From positions 12,203 through 76,202 of the IMG/VR virus record IMGVR_UViG_2840526738_000004: a stretch of 64,000 nt of DNA; one strand, 5' to 3'. The translations under genes and the position numbers were made by a program. This DNA comes from a virus (taxonomy: Duplodnaviria; Caudoviricetes). Positions 18,645 through 27,373 of the stretch are shown piece by piece; position 1 is the stretch's first letter; the number at the start of each line of letters is the position of its first letter. Below the pieces are notes generated by a model. That model ran no database searches, was not told where the DNA came from, and saw only the letters and a program-made list of their open reading frames with translations.

Positions 18645-19097
18645 TTAAGTTTCCTCCTTGATTACGTACCTTTTTATGTTGTATCCACTTTTCTTGTTCT
18701 TAATATCCTTGTACTGGATATCGTAATATGCCTTACACTGGCTAACTAAGTAAAGCGGTAGCTCAACACCAAATTTATAAACAATCTTCCCTTTGATATC
18801 GCTCAAAGTTGCGTTTTCAATGCATAATCCTTCAATTCCTAAATTATGCAAATACTTGATCAATGTCTTATCACACCCTACTAATACAACGTTGTTAGTT
18901 TCAAGGTAATAACTAGCAGCATATGTGAGTTCATAGAGTGCATTCTTCTTTGTATCACGCTCAATATTAAATCTAAGGAATGAATCTTGTGTAATTGCAA
19001 CGTAAACGTCAACTCCATCAGCATAAGCCTTCTTTGCATGCGCACGATTTACAACTGTCAAATTCAAATTTTGAGGTAATCTTTCTACTAATTCCAT
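18645..19097 (-). CDS. hypothetical protein
   Basis: RBS AAAGGAG. Confidence 0.65.
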   Translation of the reverse strand: MELVERLPQNLNLTVVNRAHAKKAYADGVDVYVAITQDSFLRFNIERDTKKNALYELTYAASYYLETNNVVLVGCDKTLIKYLHNLGIEGLCIENATLSDIKGKIVYKFGVELPLYLVSQCKAYYDIQYKDIKNKKSGYNIKRYVIKEET

Positions 19098-19171
19098 AAA
19101 AACACACTCCTTTCCCTCATAAAATTTGTTAATTTTATACCCATTTTAGGGGTGAAAAAAGTACGTTTCGG

Positions 19172-19591
19172 CTATTTAAAGGCTTCTGCGTACTTGTTCA
19201 AAATTCTATTTAATTTCATTTCTTGTTGATTTAAACCTTCTTTATAATTACCATACGACATTTCACGGTATAATGATGCTTTCCATTCATAATATATTGT
19301 ATCAATAGATATAATTAGATAAGCTAAGCAATGCAGATTATCAGCAAACTTATTATATATATAATTATATACGTAATTTTTACCTTTGAATTCTTCAACA
19401 ACTGCAATAATTGCTTGATTTTCAATTAAATATAGACCTGAATTTCCCTCTACACAAGTTGAATCATCACTCTTGACCAATAACAATTCATAAAATGAAA
19501 GTTTAGCTAACTTTTTATATTGTTCCGCTGTAATTTCTAAATCTTTGTCTAAATCTTCAAAATCTAAGTCTAAATCAATCTTATTCATCAT
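19172..19591 (-). CDS. hypothetical protein
   Basis: RBS GGAG; operonic. Confidence 0.65.
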   Translation of the reverse strand: MMNKIDLDLDFEDLDKDLEITAEQYKKLAKLSFYELLLVKSDDSTCVEGNSGLYLIENQAIIAVVEEFKGKNYVYNYIYNKFADNLHCLAYLIISIDTIYYEWKASLYREMSYGNYKEGLNQQEMKLNRILNKYAEAFK

Positions 19592-19874
19592 AAGCTCCTT
19601 CCACTGTTATAACAATTCTGTTACATCCTGATAAATACTGAAATTCAATTTCATCAACTTCACTAGTTGCCAATGCTCTTATAATATCATTAAAATCAGG
19701 TAATGCTTTTATATTTCCAATATCATTCATTTCATCAGAGGAAACAATATAAAGTCCATGTGCCAACTCATATAAATTAAATTGTTCATGTCCTTCATAA
19801 TTCCAGCCTACTCCATTTTTACTAAAGTATTTAACATCATATCTCGTTGCCATTTTAATCCTCCTTGGCATCAA
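19581..19874 (-). CDS. hypothetical protein (start probably MATRY)
   Basis: RBS GGAGG before ATGGCA. Confidence 0.6.
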   Translation of the reverse strand: MMPRRIKMATRYDVKYFSKNGVGWNYEGHEQFNLYELAHGLYIVSSDEMNDIGNIKALPDFNDIIRALATSEVDEIEFQYLSGCNRIVITVEGAYDE

Positions 19875-20922
19875 TTCCTGTAATCATTTTGAATTTATCT
19901 TCATCAAAATTAGGAATATTTCTTATAATATCTTTTTCATGTTGTGTTAATGATTTCCACCATTCTTTTGTCGCATTAGATGTATCAAAAACTTTTAAAT
20001 AACCGTAAGTCGTTTTATAACTAGAATAACGTTCTTTTTCTTCATCAGTCATATCAAAATCATATACCCAATCAACTTTAAAATCTTTAATACGTAATAA
20101 TATACGATAAGCTTCTGACCTACGCCATTGTTCAAATGTAATATCAGTATCTTTGTCAAAGAATTTTAACTTTTGATTAATTGTATTAAAACAACCAGAA
20201 CAGAAAGAAGCTATATTCCAATCTCCACTATTTTCATACCCTATATTGTGGTGTCCACTATTGTAATTTCCAGTGTTGTAATCTCCAGTGTTTCGACATC
20301 CTTTGTTGTAATTTCCAGTGTTGTAATCTCCAGTGTTGTGACCACCACTATTGTAGTGCCCGATATTACAATTCCAAGTGTTACGGTAACCTCTATTGCG
20401 AATTCCTGTATTCCAAAAACCTCTATTTTGATTTCCTGTATTATAATCACCACTATTGTAGTCACCAACATTTTTATTACCGCTATTGTAATTACCAGTG
20501 TTATTGTCGCCGCTATTTTCATCACCAACGTTTCTATCGCCACTATTCCAATTTCCAATATTTTCATTTCCACTATTACGCCTACCAATATTTTTAAAAC
20601 CTGTATTTAAATGCCCCATATTAACAAGTTCAAGAACTTCATGCCACGATAATTCACGATCAATTCTGATTTTATTTGTTGCACATTTTGAATCTTCTCC
20701 ATCGCAATCAACATCACCAAGTGCGGTTACTTCTGCTACTTTATTTTCAGGATCAAAAGGATAATAATTAAAACAATCTAGCACATTCTTACAAAAATGA
20801 AATCCATCGCTGCAACATTGTGGATTTACTTTTTCTTTAAATGTTCTTCCCACTTCGTACTGAAACCCTCTACACGTCCAATCATGGTTAAAAACTTTAT
20901 AACCTTTAACTTTCTTTCTCAT
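19855..20922 (-). CDS. pentapeptide-like (NxG) repeat phage protein
   Basis: GYKVFN.DWTCRGFQYEVG...GFHFC N-terminal domain; ~25 N(S/T)Gxx repeats; conserved C-terminal domain. Confidence 0.85.
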   Translation of the reverse strand: MRKKVKGYKVFNHDWTCRGFQYEVGRTFKEKVNPQCCSDGFHFCKNVLDCFNYYPFDPENKVAEVTALGDVDCDGEDSKCATNKIRIDRELSWHEVLELVNMGHLNTGFKNIGRRNSGNENIGNWNSGDRNVGDENSGDNNTGNYNSGNKNVGDYNSGDYNTGNQNRGFWNTGIRNRGYRNTWNCNIGHYNSGGHNTGDYNTGNYNKGCRNTGDYNTGNYNSGHHNIGYENSGDWNIASFCSGCFNTINQKLKFFDKDTDITFEQWRRSEAYRILLRIKDFKVDWVYDFDMTDEEKERYSSYKTTYGYLKVFDTSNATKEWWKSLTQHEKDIIRNIPNFDEDKFKMITGIDAKED

Positions 20923-20932
20923 ACCAATCCTC

Positions 20933-21658
20933 CTAAATACTCTCTAAATTATCTTTCATATCTTCCTCAAATTGCTCTGATTCTACATATGTTTGATATT
21001 CACTTATCCTATCCATAACTCTTTTTAATTCATAGTCTTCAAGTTTTCTTTTTACAATTTCTAATTTTTCTTCATCCTTAATAGATTGTAAAAATACGAT
21101 GTATAGGTCTGTTAATAAGTGATACACATGCTGTTCTTTAAAGTTGCGCAATAACACATCAAATTGGGAATTGTTATTAATATATGAATTAATATATGCT
21201 TCTCTGATATCATCATTCGTGACACCTTCGCTATCTAAGAATTCATTAGCAATACGATATAATTTCTCATTTTCAATATCTTCCTGTTCCAATAAATTGG
21301 CATAACCATCAACATAGCATATTGAATAAATTTGCTCATAGTATCCAATCAATCTAAAAATGGTTCCATTTATTTTTTTAATAAGCATATCAATCCTATC
21401 GTGATTAATTGAATAAGAAACAGTGCCGTCTATTTCTTTGCCACTATACTTGTTTTTAAGTTTGATACGAAATTGAATTACGCTGTCAATTGTATCAATT
21501 AAATTCATGTTCAATGTTATTACATAATCGTCATAATCAAATAAAGTCCATACCTTACTCCATAACTTTGGGTTTAAGTAGTTCTTAATGATAAAGCTAT
21601 AATCCATTTCATATACTTTTATTACAGGTACCATTTTCTTCCTCCTACGCTTTCGCAA
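20933..21658 (-). CDS. conserved hypothetical phage protein
   Basis: IKVYEMDYSFIIKNYLNP.LW pattern; RBS AGGAGG. Confidence 0.7.
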   Translation of the reverse strand: MRKRRRKKMVPVIKVYEMDYSFIIKNYLNPKLWSKVWTLFDYDDYVITLNMNLIDTIDSVIQFRIKLKNKYSGKEIDGTVSYSINHDRIDMLIKKINGTIFRLIGYYEQIYSICYVDGYANLLEQEDIENEKLYRIANEFLDSEGVTNDDIREAYINSYINNNSQFDVLLRNFKEQHVYHLLTDLYIVFLQSIKDEEKLEIVKRKLEDYELKRVMDRISEYQTYVESEQFEEDMKDNLESI

Positions 21659-22421
21659 TTAAAGTCTGAATGTACTCCAAACCTTTTGGTGTTACCATTG
21701 TTTCCTTAAACTTCTCAATCGTTCCGTTGTTATCATATGTACGTTCTGTCACTGTAAGGAAACCATCAGTCTTAGCTTTCTTCAATGGTAATCTCCAACC
21801 TGATTTTGTAGACCTTGTCAATTTACCACGTTCCATGATATCCCACATCTTTTCCAAGTTAGCAATCTTGTATCCATTGCTCACAAGGTAGTTATAGGCT
21901 TCCTCGACGGTCAAAGCATCATCGTCTACAGGTATTTCAGCCAACTGTTCTTCTTGCTTGTCAAGACGTTCTACGAGCTTGTTGACGATAGCTGTAAGGT
22001 TGTTTACAGTGTCTTGCATGACTTTAAAGCTATCAGCCAATGACATAACGATCGTTGCAAGCTGTTGAGTATTTAATGCTGTTTCCTTTGCCTTATTTTC
22101 CACAGCTACAAAATAATTTCTTGCCTCTTCGCCTTTTTCATTTTTAGCTGTCATAGATAGTTTTTTTGCAAAATCAGATGTTAGCTTATAGTCCTCTGCA
22201 AAATTACCTCTACCTTCACTCGTCATGTGGTACGAGTGAAAATCTTCACCTTCTACAGCAAATTCATTTTCGGTGATATTTCTTTTTACCCATTTGGAAT
22301 AATTGCTAGAATTTAATTCCAAAAACTCATACAGCTTTCTCGCTGTTGTCATTCCATTTTCGTCTACACCTAATGCAATCTCAATCGGTGTTTTGTCTGT
22401 TGTTTCAATAATGTTATCCAT
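21645..22421 (-). CDS. antirepressor, AntA/AntB + ANT-like C-terminus
   Basis: TPIEIALGVDENGMTTARKLYEFL, DF.....AKKLSM....KGEEARNYF, MVTPKGLEYI. Confidence 0.9.
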   Translation of the reverse strand: MDNIIETTDKTPIEIALGVDENGMTTARKLYEFLELNSSNYSKWVKRNITENEFAVEGEDFHSYHMTSEGRGNFAEDYKLTSDFAKKLSMTAKNEKGEEARNYFVAVENKAKETALNTQQLATIVMSLADSFKVMQDTVNNLTAIVNKLVERLDKQEEQLAEIPVDDDALTVEEAYNYLVSNGYKIANLEKMWDIMERGKLTRSTKSGWRLPLKKAKTDGFLTVTERTYDNNGTIEKFKETMVTPKGLEYIQTLIAKA

Positions 22422-22478
22422 CGTTATTCCTTTCCTTTACTATGCTCCTTTACTATGCTCCTTGTATCGTGAGCAGCA

Positions 22479-22507
22479 TTGACATAGTTTTTAGATATCT
22501 ATATACT
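22479..22507 (+). promoter_or_regulatory. sigmaA promoter of antisense-oriented small unit 1
   Basis: TTGACA-17 bp-TATACT. Confidence 0.85.
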
Positions 22508-22591
22508 TAAGTTAGCCTCGTTTCAAACTGTGATGGTAAAATTACCATGTTGAACACCGTTTCAATAGCAGTAATTATGAAAGGAGGCTAG

Positions 22592-22726
22592 ATGGCGAAT
22601 AAACCATCTAAAGAAGGCACTGGACTGGAAATCAGTTTTGGGAAATGGTTCTCTTTGTGCCTAAGTGAAGACACCATTGTCAAACTGATAGTCACTTTTT
22701 TAACAGCTTTTGGCTTGTTAAAATAA
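22592..22726 (+). CDS. 44-aa peptide with hydrophobic C-terminus; type I toxin candidate
   Basis: MANKPSKEGTGLEISFGKWFSLCLSEDTIVKLIVTFLTAFGLLK; SD GAAAGGAGG paired with the transcript 5' end. Confidence 0.65.
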   Translation: MANKPSKEGTGLEISFGKWFSLCLSEDTIVKLIVTFLTAFGLLK

Positions 22727-22809
22727 CAGTGCCTTTTCTTAAACTTTTATATATGATATACTTAATTTGTCCTTACCTTTCCGTTACTAAAGGAAGGAGG
22801 ATTGCTGAT

Positions 22810-22842
22810 ATGACAACACTAAATATCAGCTGGCGTGGATAA
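22810..22842 (+). CDS. 10-aa leader uORF (MTTLNISWRG)
   Basis: SD AGGAGG 9 nt upstream; its stop overlaps the GTG of the next ORF. Confidence 0.45.
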   Translation: MTTLNISWRG

Positions 22843-22936
22843 CCAAAGTACTTTAGAGTGTCTCCAAGCTTTAAAGGAGATACTTGAGATAAGCATTATG
22901 GCTTTAACGTTATATTACTTATCAAAAGGGAAATAG
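22835..22936 (+). CDS. 33-aa hydrophobic peptide; type I toxin candidate
   Basis: MDNQSTLECLQALKEILEISIMALTLYYLSKGK; the GTG start lies in a 13-bp long-range helix with the region at its stop codon. Confidence 0.55.
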   Translation: MDNQSTLECLQALKEILEISIMALTLYYLSKGK

Positions 22937-22972
22937 GTTATCCATGCCTTTTTCTATGTCAATACCACACAT

Positions 22973-23001
22973 GATACAAGGAACATCTTGTATCTTTTTT
23001 A
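22973..23001 (+). terminator. intrinsic terminator of the plus-strand small units
   Basis: GATACAAG-gaacat-CTTGTATC followed by T7. Confidence 0.85.
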
Positions 23002-23010
23002 TTTAGTTAT

Positions 23011-23484
23011 TTATTTCATCTCTGTTCTTAAATAATACTTAATCAATCTTTCTTCACCGATTTCGTCAATAGCTTTTTTTGCTAATTCCTCGGTGTCAAA
23101 GAAAATACCGCCATAATTTCTTGAATTCCAAAAATCAGGTACAATTTTGTTATTATACATGAGTATACAAAAGTTGTTATAATCAAACTTAAACGTTCTC
23201 CTACCATATTTCAGCATGATAGCCTCAACTTTTCGGCGTTCATATTCAAATTTAGCTTCTTGTTCTGTTAAGAAAACATTACCCATTTCTCTTGCTTTTT
23301 TATCAATTTTATCACCATCCCAAGAATATTTTGAAATATCTCCGCAATCTTCGATAATATAATATACATCTTCATTTTCCAAATCCCATACCGTTTTAGG
23401 TTTTGGTTTTATCAATATCTTTTCTAATTCTTTTTCTTTTACTTCATAATCTCCATACTTGTCCATAGCTTCTTTTAGTTTCAT
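23011..23484 (-). CDS. conserved hypothetical phage protein
   Basis: YYII...G.I...W...GNVFLTEQEA pattern. Confidence 0.7.
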   Translation of the reverse strand: MKLKEAMDKYGDYEVKEKELEKILIKPKPKTVWDLENEDVYYIIEDCGDISKYSWDGDKIDKKAREMGNVFLTEQEAKFEYERRKVEAIMLKYGRRTFKFDYNNFCILMYNNKIVPDFWNSRNYGGIFFDTEELAKKAIDEIGEERLIKYYLRTEMK

Positions 23485-23527
23485 ATTTTAACCCATCCTT
23501 TCTACATCTTTACATTTACGTTCATAT

Positions 23528-23731
23528 TCACGTTTTAAACTTGTCCAATAACGCCTGTTTTGCTTCCTTTATCGTCTTAAAGCAATCAGATTCTTCCAGC
23601 ATATATGACATACCATAACATCCGTATAAAACTCTATTAAAATCTAATTTTATATCAGTTACATAACCAAACTTTATCTGTTCTTGGTCAATGTAATAAA
23701 ATCCTTCATTTAATTCAAATTTAGCCTTCAT
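23528..23731 (-). CDS. hypothetical protein
   Basis: RBS GGAGG. Confidence 0.65.
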   Translation of the reverse strand: MKAKFELNEGFYYIDQEQIKFGYVTDIKLDFNRVLYGCYGMSYMLEESDCFKTIKEAKQALLDKFKT

Positions 23732-23740
23732 ATTTTCCTC

Positions 23741-23980
23741 CTACACATTAATCGTGTTATTTGATACTTCGGCAAATTGCACATGAATTCCATTTTGCTG
23801 TAAATCTTCAACTAGATCCATAACATTAACTTTTCGTTTCCCAGCATTAGCTTGTCTTATCTTTGCGTTGTAAAATTCACGTTGCAATTGCCTGTATTTA
23901 ATTTCTTCATCATTGAAAGTGACGATACCATAGATGTTCGTTCTATCCATGGTATCTCTCACAACTGCTGTCTTTAACAT
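23741..23980 (-). CDS. hypothetical protein
   Basis: Operonic ORF with RBS GAGG. Confidence 0.6.
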   Translation of the reverse strand: MLKTAVVRDTMDRTNIYGIVTFNDEEIKYRQLQREFYNAKIRQANAGKRKVNVMDLVEDLQQNGIHVQFAEVSNNTINV

Positions 23981-24237
23981 TTCAAATCATCCTCATCTTT
24001 CAAAGGTTTGAGCTTTTTCTTGACGAACTTGTAAATACGTTCGTTTACCTGTTTATAATCCTCTTTATCAGTGCTAACCATAAGTTTTTTAACACATTCA
24101 TCCATTAACGGTGTATCAACTATCTCAAACAGGCATGAGTGACCACTTCTATCTTTTACATTGAGCTTTTTATCAATGACCTTACACATTTGCATAATTT
24201 CATTTTCACACACTAACCTATTTCTTACTACTTTCAT
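23974..24237 (-). CDS. hypothetical protein
   Basis: RBS GGAGG; ATGA overlap. Confidence 0.6.
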   Translation of the reverse strand: MKVVRNRLVCENEIMQMCKVIDKKLNVKDRSGHSCLFEIVDTPLMDECVKKLMVSTDKEDYKQVNERIYKFVKKKLKPLKDEDDLKC

Positions 24238-24404
24238 TCCAACACCTCCAATGCACCAATCTTGATTTCATAAATCGCTTGCTCATAACCATCTCCGTAG
24301 CCAATCTCATAATCAGCGTTGAAGTAATCTTTTTGCCACAAATAAAGGTTGCCTACGAGCGATACAGCTAACAAGCAACCTAATACACATATTAACTTTT
24401 TCAT
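24234..24404 (-). CDS. small exported or membrane peptide (56 aa)
   Basis: Manual translation MKKLICVLGCLLAVSLVGNLYLWQKDYF...; RBS AAGGAG. Confidence 0.6.
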   Translation of the reverse strand: MKKLICVLGCLLAVSLVGNLYLWQKDYFNADYEIGYGDGYEQAIYEIKIGALEVLE

Positions 24405-24416
24405 ATCCTAAACTCC

Positions 24417-25229
24417 TTATTTCAGCTTAAAAAGTTCATTTATATTCACGTGGTCAATTCCAATATATACAAATTCTGCTGAATTATCATGTGCTTCTTT
24501 TAAGCTACATGAGTATGCACACATATCTCCAATATAGCTGTCCGCATTAAATTCCTCATGTTCATCTGCTGTTTCTTTAATATAATCTCTAGCAATTTGG
24601 AAATTATCTGTAATTACATTACTCCATTTTGAGCCATCTTTTTCTTTTATATAAACAATATATGCTTCTTGTTTATTTTCAGGTACATTCCACAAGAAAC
24701 ACTCTAGTATGCCACATAACATTGTGAAACCATATAAACTTCCATCTTCATTTTCTTCAAAGTTATCTGCGTATAAATCGCCAGCTTTTCTTTCTAACTC
24801 AGTTAACGTTCTATCAAACAAATTAGGATCGAGCGCTAATTTATCTGCAAAATCCTCAGTATAAATAGCTGGGCAATAGTACTCGCTATCATTTACCATT
24901 TCTATCCATTCTTGTAATAATGGGCTACATGTACTGATATTAGGCTTATTTGTTAACTCACGATAATAGCAATCTTGGTTCAAGATATCTTCAATCAGCT
25001 GTTTATCAACTTCATCATTTTCGTTATATATTTCGCCAGACACGAATACATGACCTTCTTTGTTGTTAACCCAATATATGATGTCGTATAATTCATATTC
25101 ATTTTCGCCTTCTGCTATTGTTGTATCAAAACATGCAACAACTTTGACACCATTAAATTCCTTTTCTCTTTCACCGTTTTTAACTTGTTCTAAGTATCTT
25201 AATTCTGCTTCATTAACTTCTATTGACAT
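24417..25229 (-). CDS. acidic hypothetical early protein
   Basis: RBS GGAGG; 270 aa. Confidence 0.7.
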   Translation of the reverse strand: MSIEVNEAELRYLEQVKNGEREKEFNGVKVVACFDTTIAEGENEYELYDIIYWVNNKEGHVFVSGEIYNENDEVDKQLIEDILNQDCYYRELTNKPNISTCSPLLQEWIEMVNDSEYYCPAIYTEDFADKLALDPNLFDRTLTELERKAGDLYADNFEENEDGSLYGFTMLCGILECFLWNVPENKQEAYIVYIKEKDGSKWSNVITDNFQIARDYIKETADEHEEFNADSYIGDMCAYSCSLKEAHDNSAEFVYIGIDHVNINELFKLK

Positions 25230-25230
25230 A

Positions 25231-25551
25231 TCATTTTCCTCCTGTCATTTCTTGCACAACTTCACACATTCTCAAATATAAAAGTTCTCTTAAATCATTA
25301 TCATTTTTGAGATGTACAAATTCTTCTTTAGTTATCGTATCATCACAATCAATACTTTCAAAAGTATTATTATTAGGATTATAACGATAATAGTTTATAA
25401 ATAATTCAAAATAATCATTTGTTTCAACTAAGACTAATTCTTGCGCAATATCACGTTTACTTAACGTCATTAGTACATCACTTTCTAAATCTCTAATACT
25501 AGTTCTACCGTTAATTACATTAGATACATCTTTTATAATTTTATTTGACAT
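25231..25551 (-). CDS. hypothetical early protein
   Basis: RBS GAGG. Confidence 0.65.
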   Translation of the reverse strand: MSNKIIKDVSNVINGRTSIRDLESDVLMTLSKRDIAQELVLVETNDYFELFINYYRYNPNNNTFESIDCDDTITKEEFVHLKNDNDLRELLYLRMCEVVQEMTGGK

Positions 25552-25573
25552 GGTTTAGTCCTCACTTTATCTC

Positions 25574-25602
25574 TTGAATGTTTGCATATAATCTGTTAAA
25601 AT
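25574..25602 (+). promoter_or_regulatory. sigmaA promoter firing antisense into the 61-aa membrane ORF
   Basis: TTGAAT-17 bp-TAAAAT with extended TG at -15/-14. Confidence 0.7.
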
Positions 25603-25638
25603 GAAGGCAGGAAGTATTACTACAACCTGCCTAAGTAA

Positions 25639-25824
25639 TTAGCGGTCAATCCACTTTTTAGGGAAATAGACAGCTATGTTAGGAGCATTGAGCACCACCA
25701 TAAACAGCACTAAGCCGATGATAAGTGCTGGGTAACTCAATGTGCAACAAAACGTGTAATTTAGTGCCATGCTTGCAAGGAATAGCGCTGCAAATACACG
25801 TTTTTTTGGTGTATAACGATACAT
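25639..25824 (-). CDS. 61-aa two-TM membrane peptide (toxin or exclusion candidate)
   Basis: Strong RBS AAAGGAGG; hydrophobic; visibly more GC-rich than its neighbours. Confidence 0.7.
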   Translation of the reverse strand: MYRYTPKKRVFAALFLASMALNYTFCCTLSYPALIIGLVLFMVVLNAPNIAVYFPKKWIDR

Positions 25825-25917
25825 ACTATCATCCTCCTTTTCGTATCGTTTGAGGTGTTGGCAGATGTTTTACTGCCCCCGTTGACACCTCATGTAATCT
25901 ATGAATGGTTTTATTAA

Positions 25918-25948
25918 AGGGTGCCTTTTACAGCACCCTGTGTTTTTT
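25918..25948. terminator. bidirectional terminator-like hairpin
   Basis: AGGGTGC-N8-GCACCCT, with GTGTTTTTT on + and TTAAT on -. Confidence 0.6.
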
Positions 25949-26225
25949 ATTCTACAATGCGCCAGTCGGCATAATGCCCATTTGCGCCATAATCAATAGG
26001 ATTGTCATTTAGATCCAAACCTTCATTCGTGCCATACCAATTACGAACGTACAATTCTTGACCAGTTTGTGTATCAAAGATGACAATACTTTGTTCAGTA
26101 TAACATGCGTTCTTGTCTGCTAATTCCATTGCTTCCTCGATTGTGTCGGCATATAGATTACCAGTACCTGTTCTAAAATCTACCATATAGTTTTTCATAT
26201 TATTTACACCCTTTCCATTCTTCAA
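25947..26225 (-). CDS. hypothetical early protein (start probably MKNYM)
   Basis: Operonic ORF. Confidence 0.65.
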   Translation of the reverse strand: MKNGKGVNNMKNYMVDFRTGTGNLYADTIEEAMELADKNACYTEQSIVIFDTQTGQELYVRNWYGTNEGLDLNDNPIDYGANGHYADWRIVE

Positions 26226-26505
26226 ATGTAATTTCTGTAATACGTCCTATTCTCCTTGTTTTGTCAGTAAACTTAAGTGTTACATATTCCCTTAACTCTT
26301 TAATTGACATTTCAACCTCATCTTCGTCAAATGTAAAGTCAATATGTGCCCATTCTGGGAATAGTTGCTCTATACTTTCAATAGTTGCACGTTCGTCATA
26401 AAAGAAACATTTGTTCATTAATTCTTTTAAGATAAGTACATTTATCTTGTTACGTTCTTTGATAAATTCGTTCCACAACACGTCAATTCTGTTTAATTCA
26501 ATCAT
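26200..26505 (-). CDS. hypothetical early protein
   Basis: RBS GAGG. Confidence 0.65.
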   Translation of the reverse strand: MIELNRIDVLWNEFIKERNKINVLILKELMNKCFFYDERATIESIEQLFPEWAHIDFTFDEDEVEMSIKELREYVTLKFTDKTRRIGRITEITFEEWKGCK

Positions 26506-26550
26506 TGTCCATCCCTCAACTTTCTATACGTGCTCGACAAAATTTCAATA

Positions 26551-26847
26551 TCAGTTATAAAAATAAACTATATTGTTATCATTATCTGTGCCCTTTGTTG
26601 GTAGTACATAAATATCAAAGTCCAAAAAAGGTATAGTAAAATTTCGTTCGTTTGCTTTTTCCGTTGAGCATGAGAATACATAGTCATTAACGCAACAATT
26701 ATCCCAATGCAATTCACTTTTCTCAATAAACACTTCATTATCGCCTACAAAGTTCCTTATTTCTTCTTGTAATTGGTCTTCACTAAATCTTTTATATACT
26801 AATGATTCTAAAAACTGTTCAAAGTCAACTTCTGTAATATGTTTCAT
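26551..26847 (-). CDS. hypothetical early protein, apparently truncated by a +1 T frameshift
   Basis: Removing one T from the T5 run restores a frame ending in an ATGA overlap at 26502. Confidence 0.55.
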   Translation of the reverse strand: MKHITEVDFEQFLESLVYKRFSEDQLQEEIRNFVGDNEVFIEKSELHWDNCCVNDYVFSCSTEKANERNFTIPFLDFDIYVLPTKGTDNDNNIVYFYN

Positions 26848-26848
26848 T

Positions 26849-27373
26849 CTATTCTTCCTCGCTTTCTAATCTTCCAATCGTTCCCCATTCTTCACAAGTA
26901 TCCATAACATAACAGCCTTTTGTATAAAATCTATATATTATCTCTCTCATGCATTTGGGGTTATTTATAATCTCAAATTGATTGTTTACGTATACCTCAA
27001 ATTTATTTTGCGAATTATTACTAAGTATTAGTAACATACCGTCATCATAAATATACAGTTCTGCCAACCGAAACCAGCGCATAGAAGCTTCTACACCTCT
27101 ATCTAAAACTCTGTTTAATGTAGCAAGTTTTCTTTTATTGCCTTTGACCTGTTCTAGTATTCTTTGTGTGATTTTACGTGCTGTTCTATTGCTTGCCTTG
27201 GAATACGCACTAAGCATGTTGTTATAATCCTCGTACTCATCTTTATGTTTATTTTCTGATTTCATCATCTCAAATAAATGGTTCTCAGCTTTGACACTGT
27301 TTTTTAGAATTTCCAGTAATTTTACATTATCATCCATTTTGATTACCTCTTTTCTTGGCGTTATGCTAATCAA
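26849..27373 (-). CDS. hypothetical early protein (start probably MDDNVK)
   Basis: RBS AAGAGG before ATGGAT. Confidence 0.65.
   Translation of the reverse strand: MISITPRKEVIKMDDNVKLLEILKNSVKAENHLFEMMKSENKHKDEYEDYNNMLSAYSKASNRTARKITQRILEQVKGNKRKLATLNRVLDRGVEASMRWFRLAELYIYDDGMLLILSNNSQNKFEVYVNNQFEIINNPKCMREIIYRFYTKGCYVMDTCEEWGTIGRLESEEE

Noticed and set aside
19149-19177. Possible fourth late promoter (GGGGTGAAAAAA...TCGGCTATTT)
   Set aside because: The spacer is 13 rather than 16 bp, the second box matches only 7/10, and it points antisense into early genes.
20173-20764. Overlapping ORFs 20173-20610(+), 20241-20588(-) and 20498-20764(+)
   Set aside because: These are shadows of the stop-poor NxG repeat tract, with low-complexity translations and no RBS.
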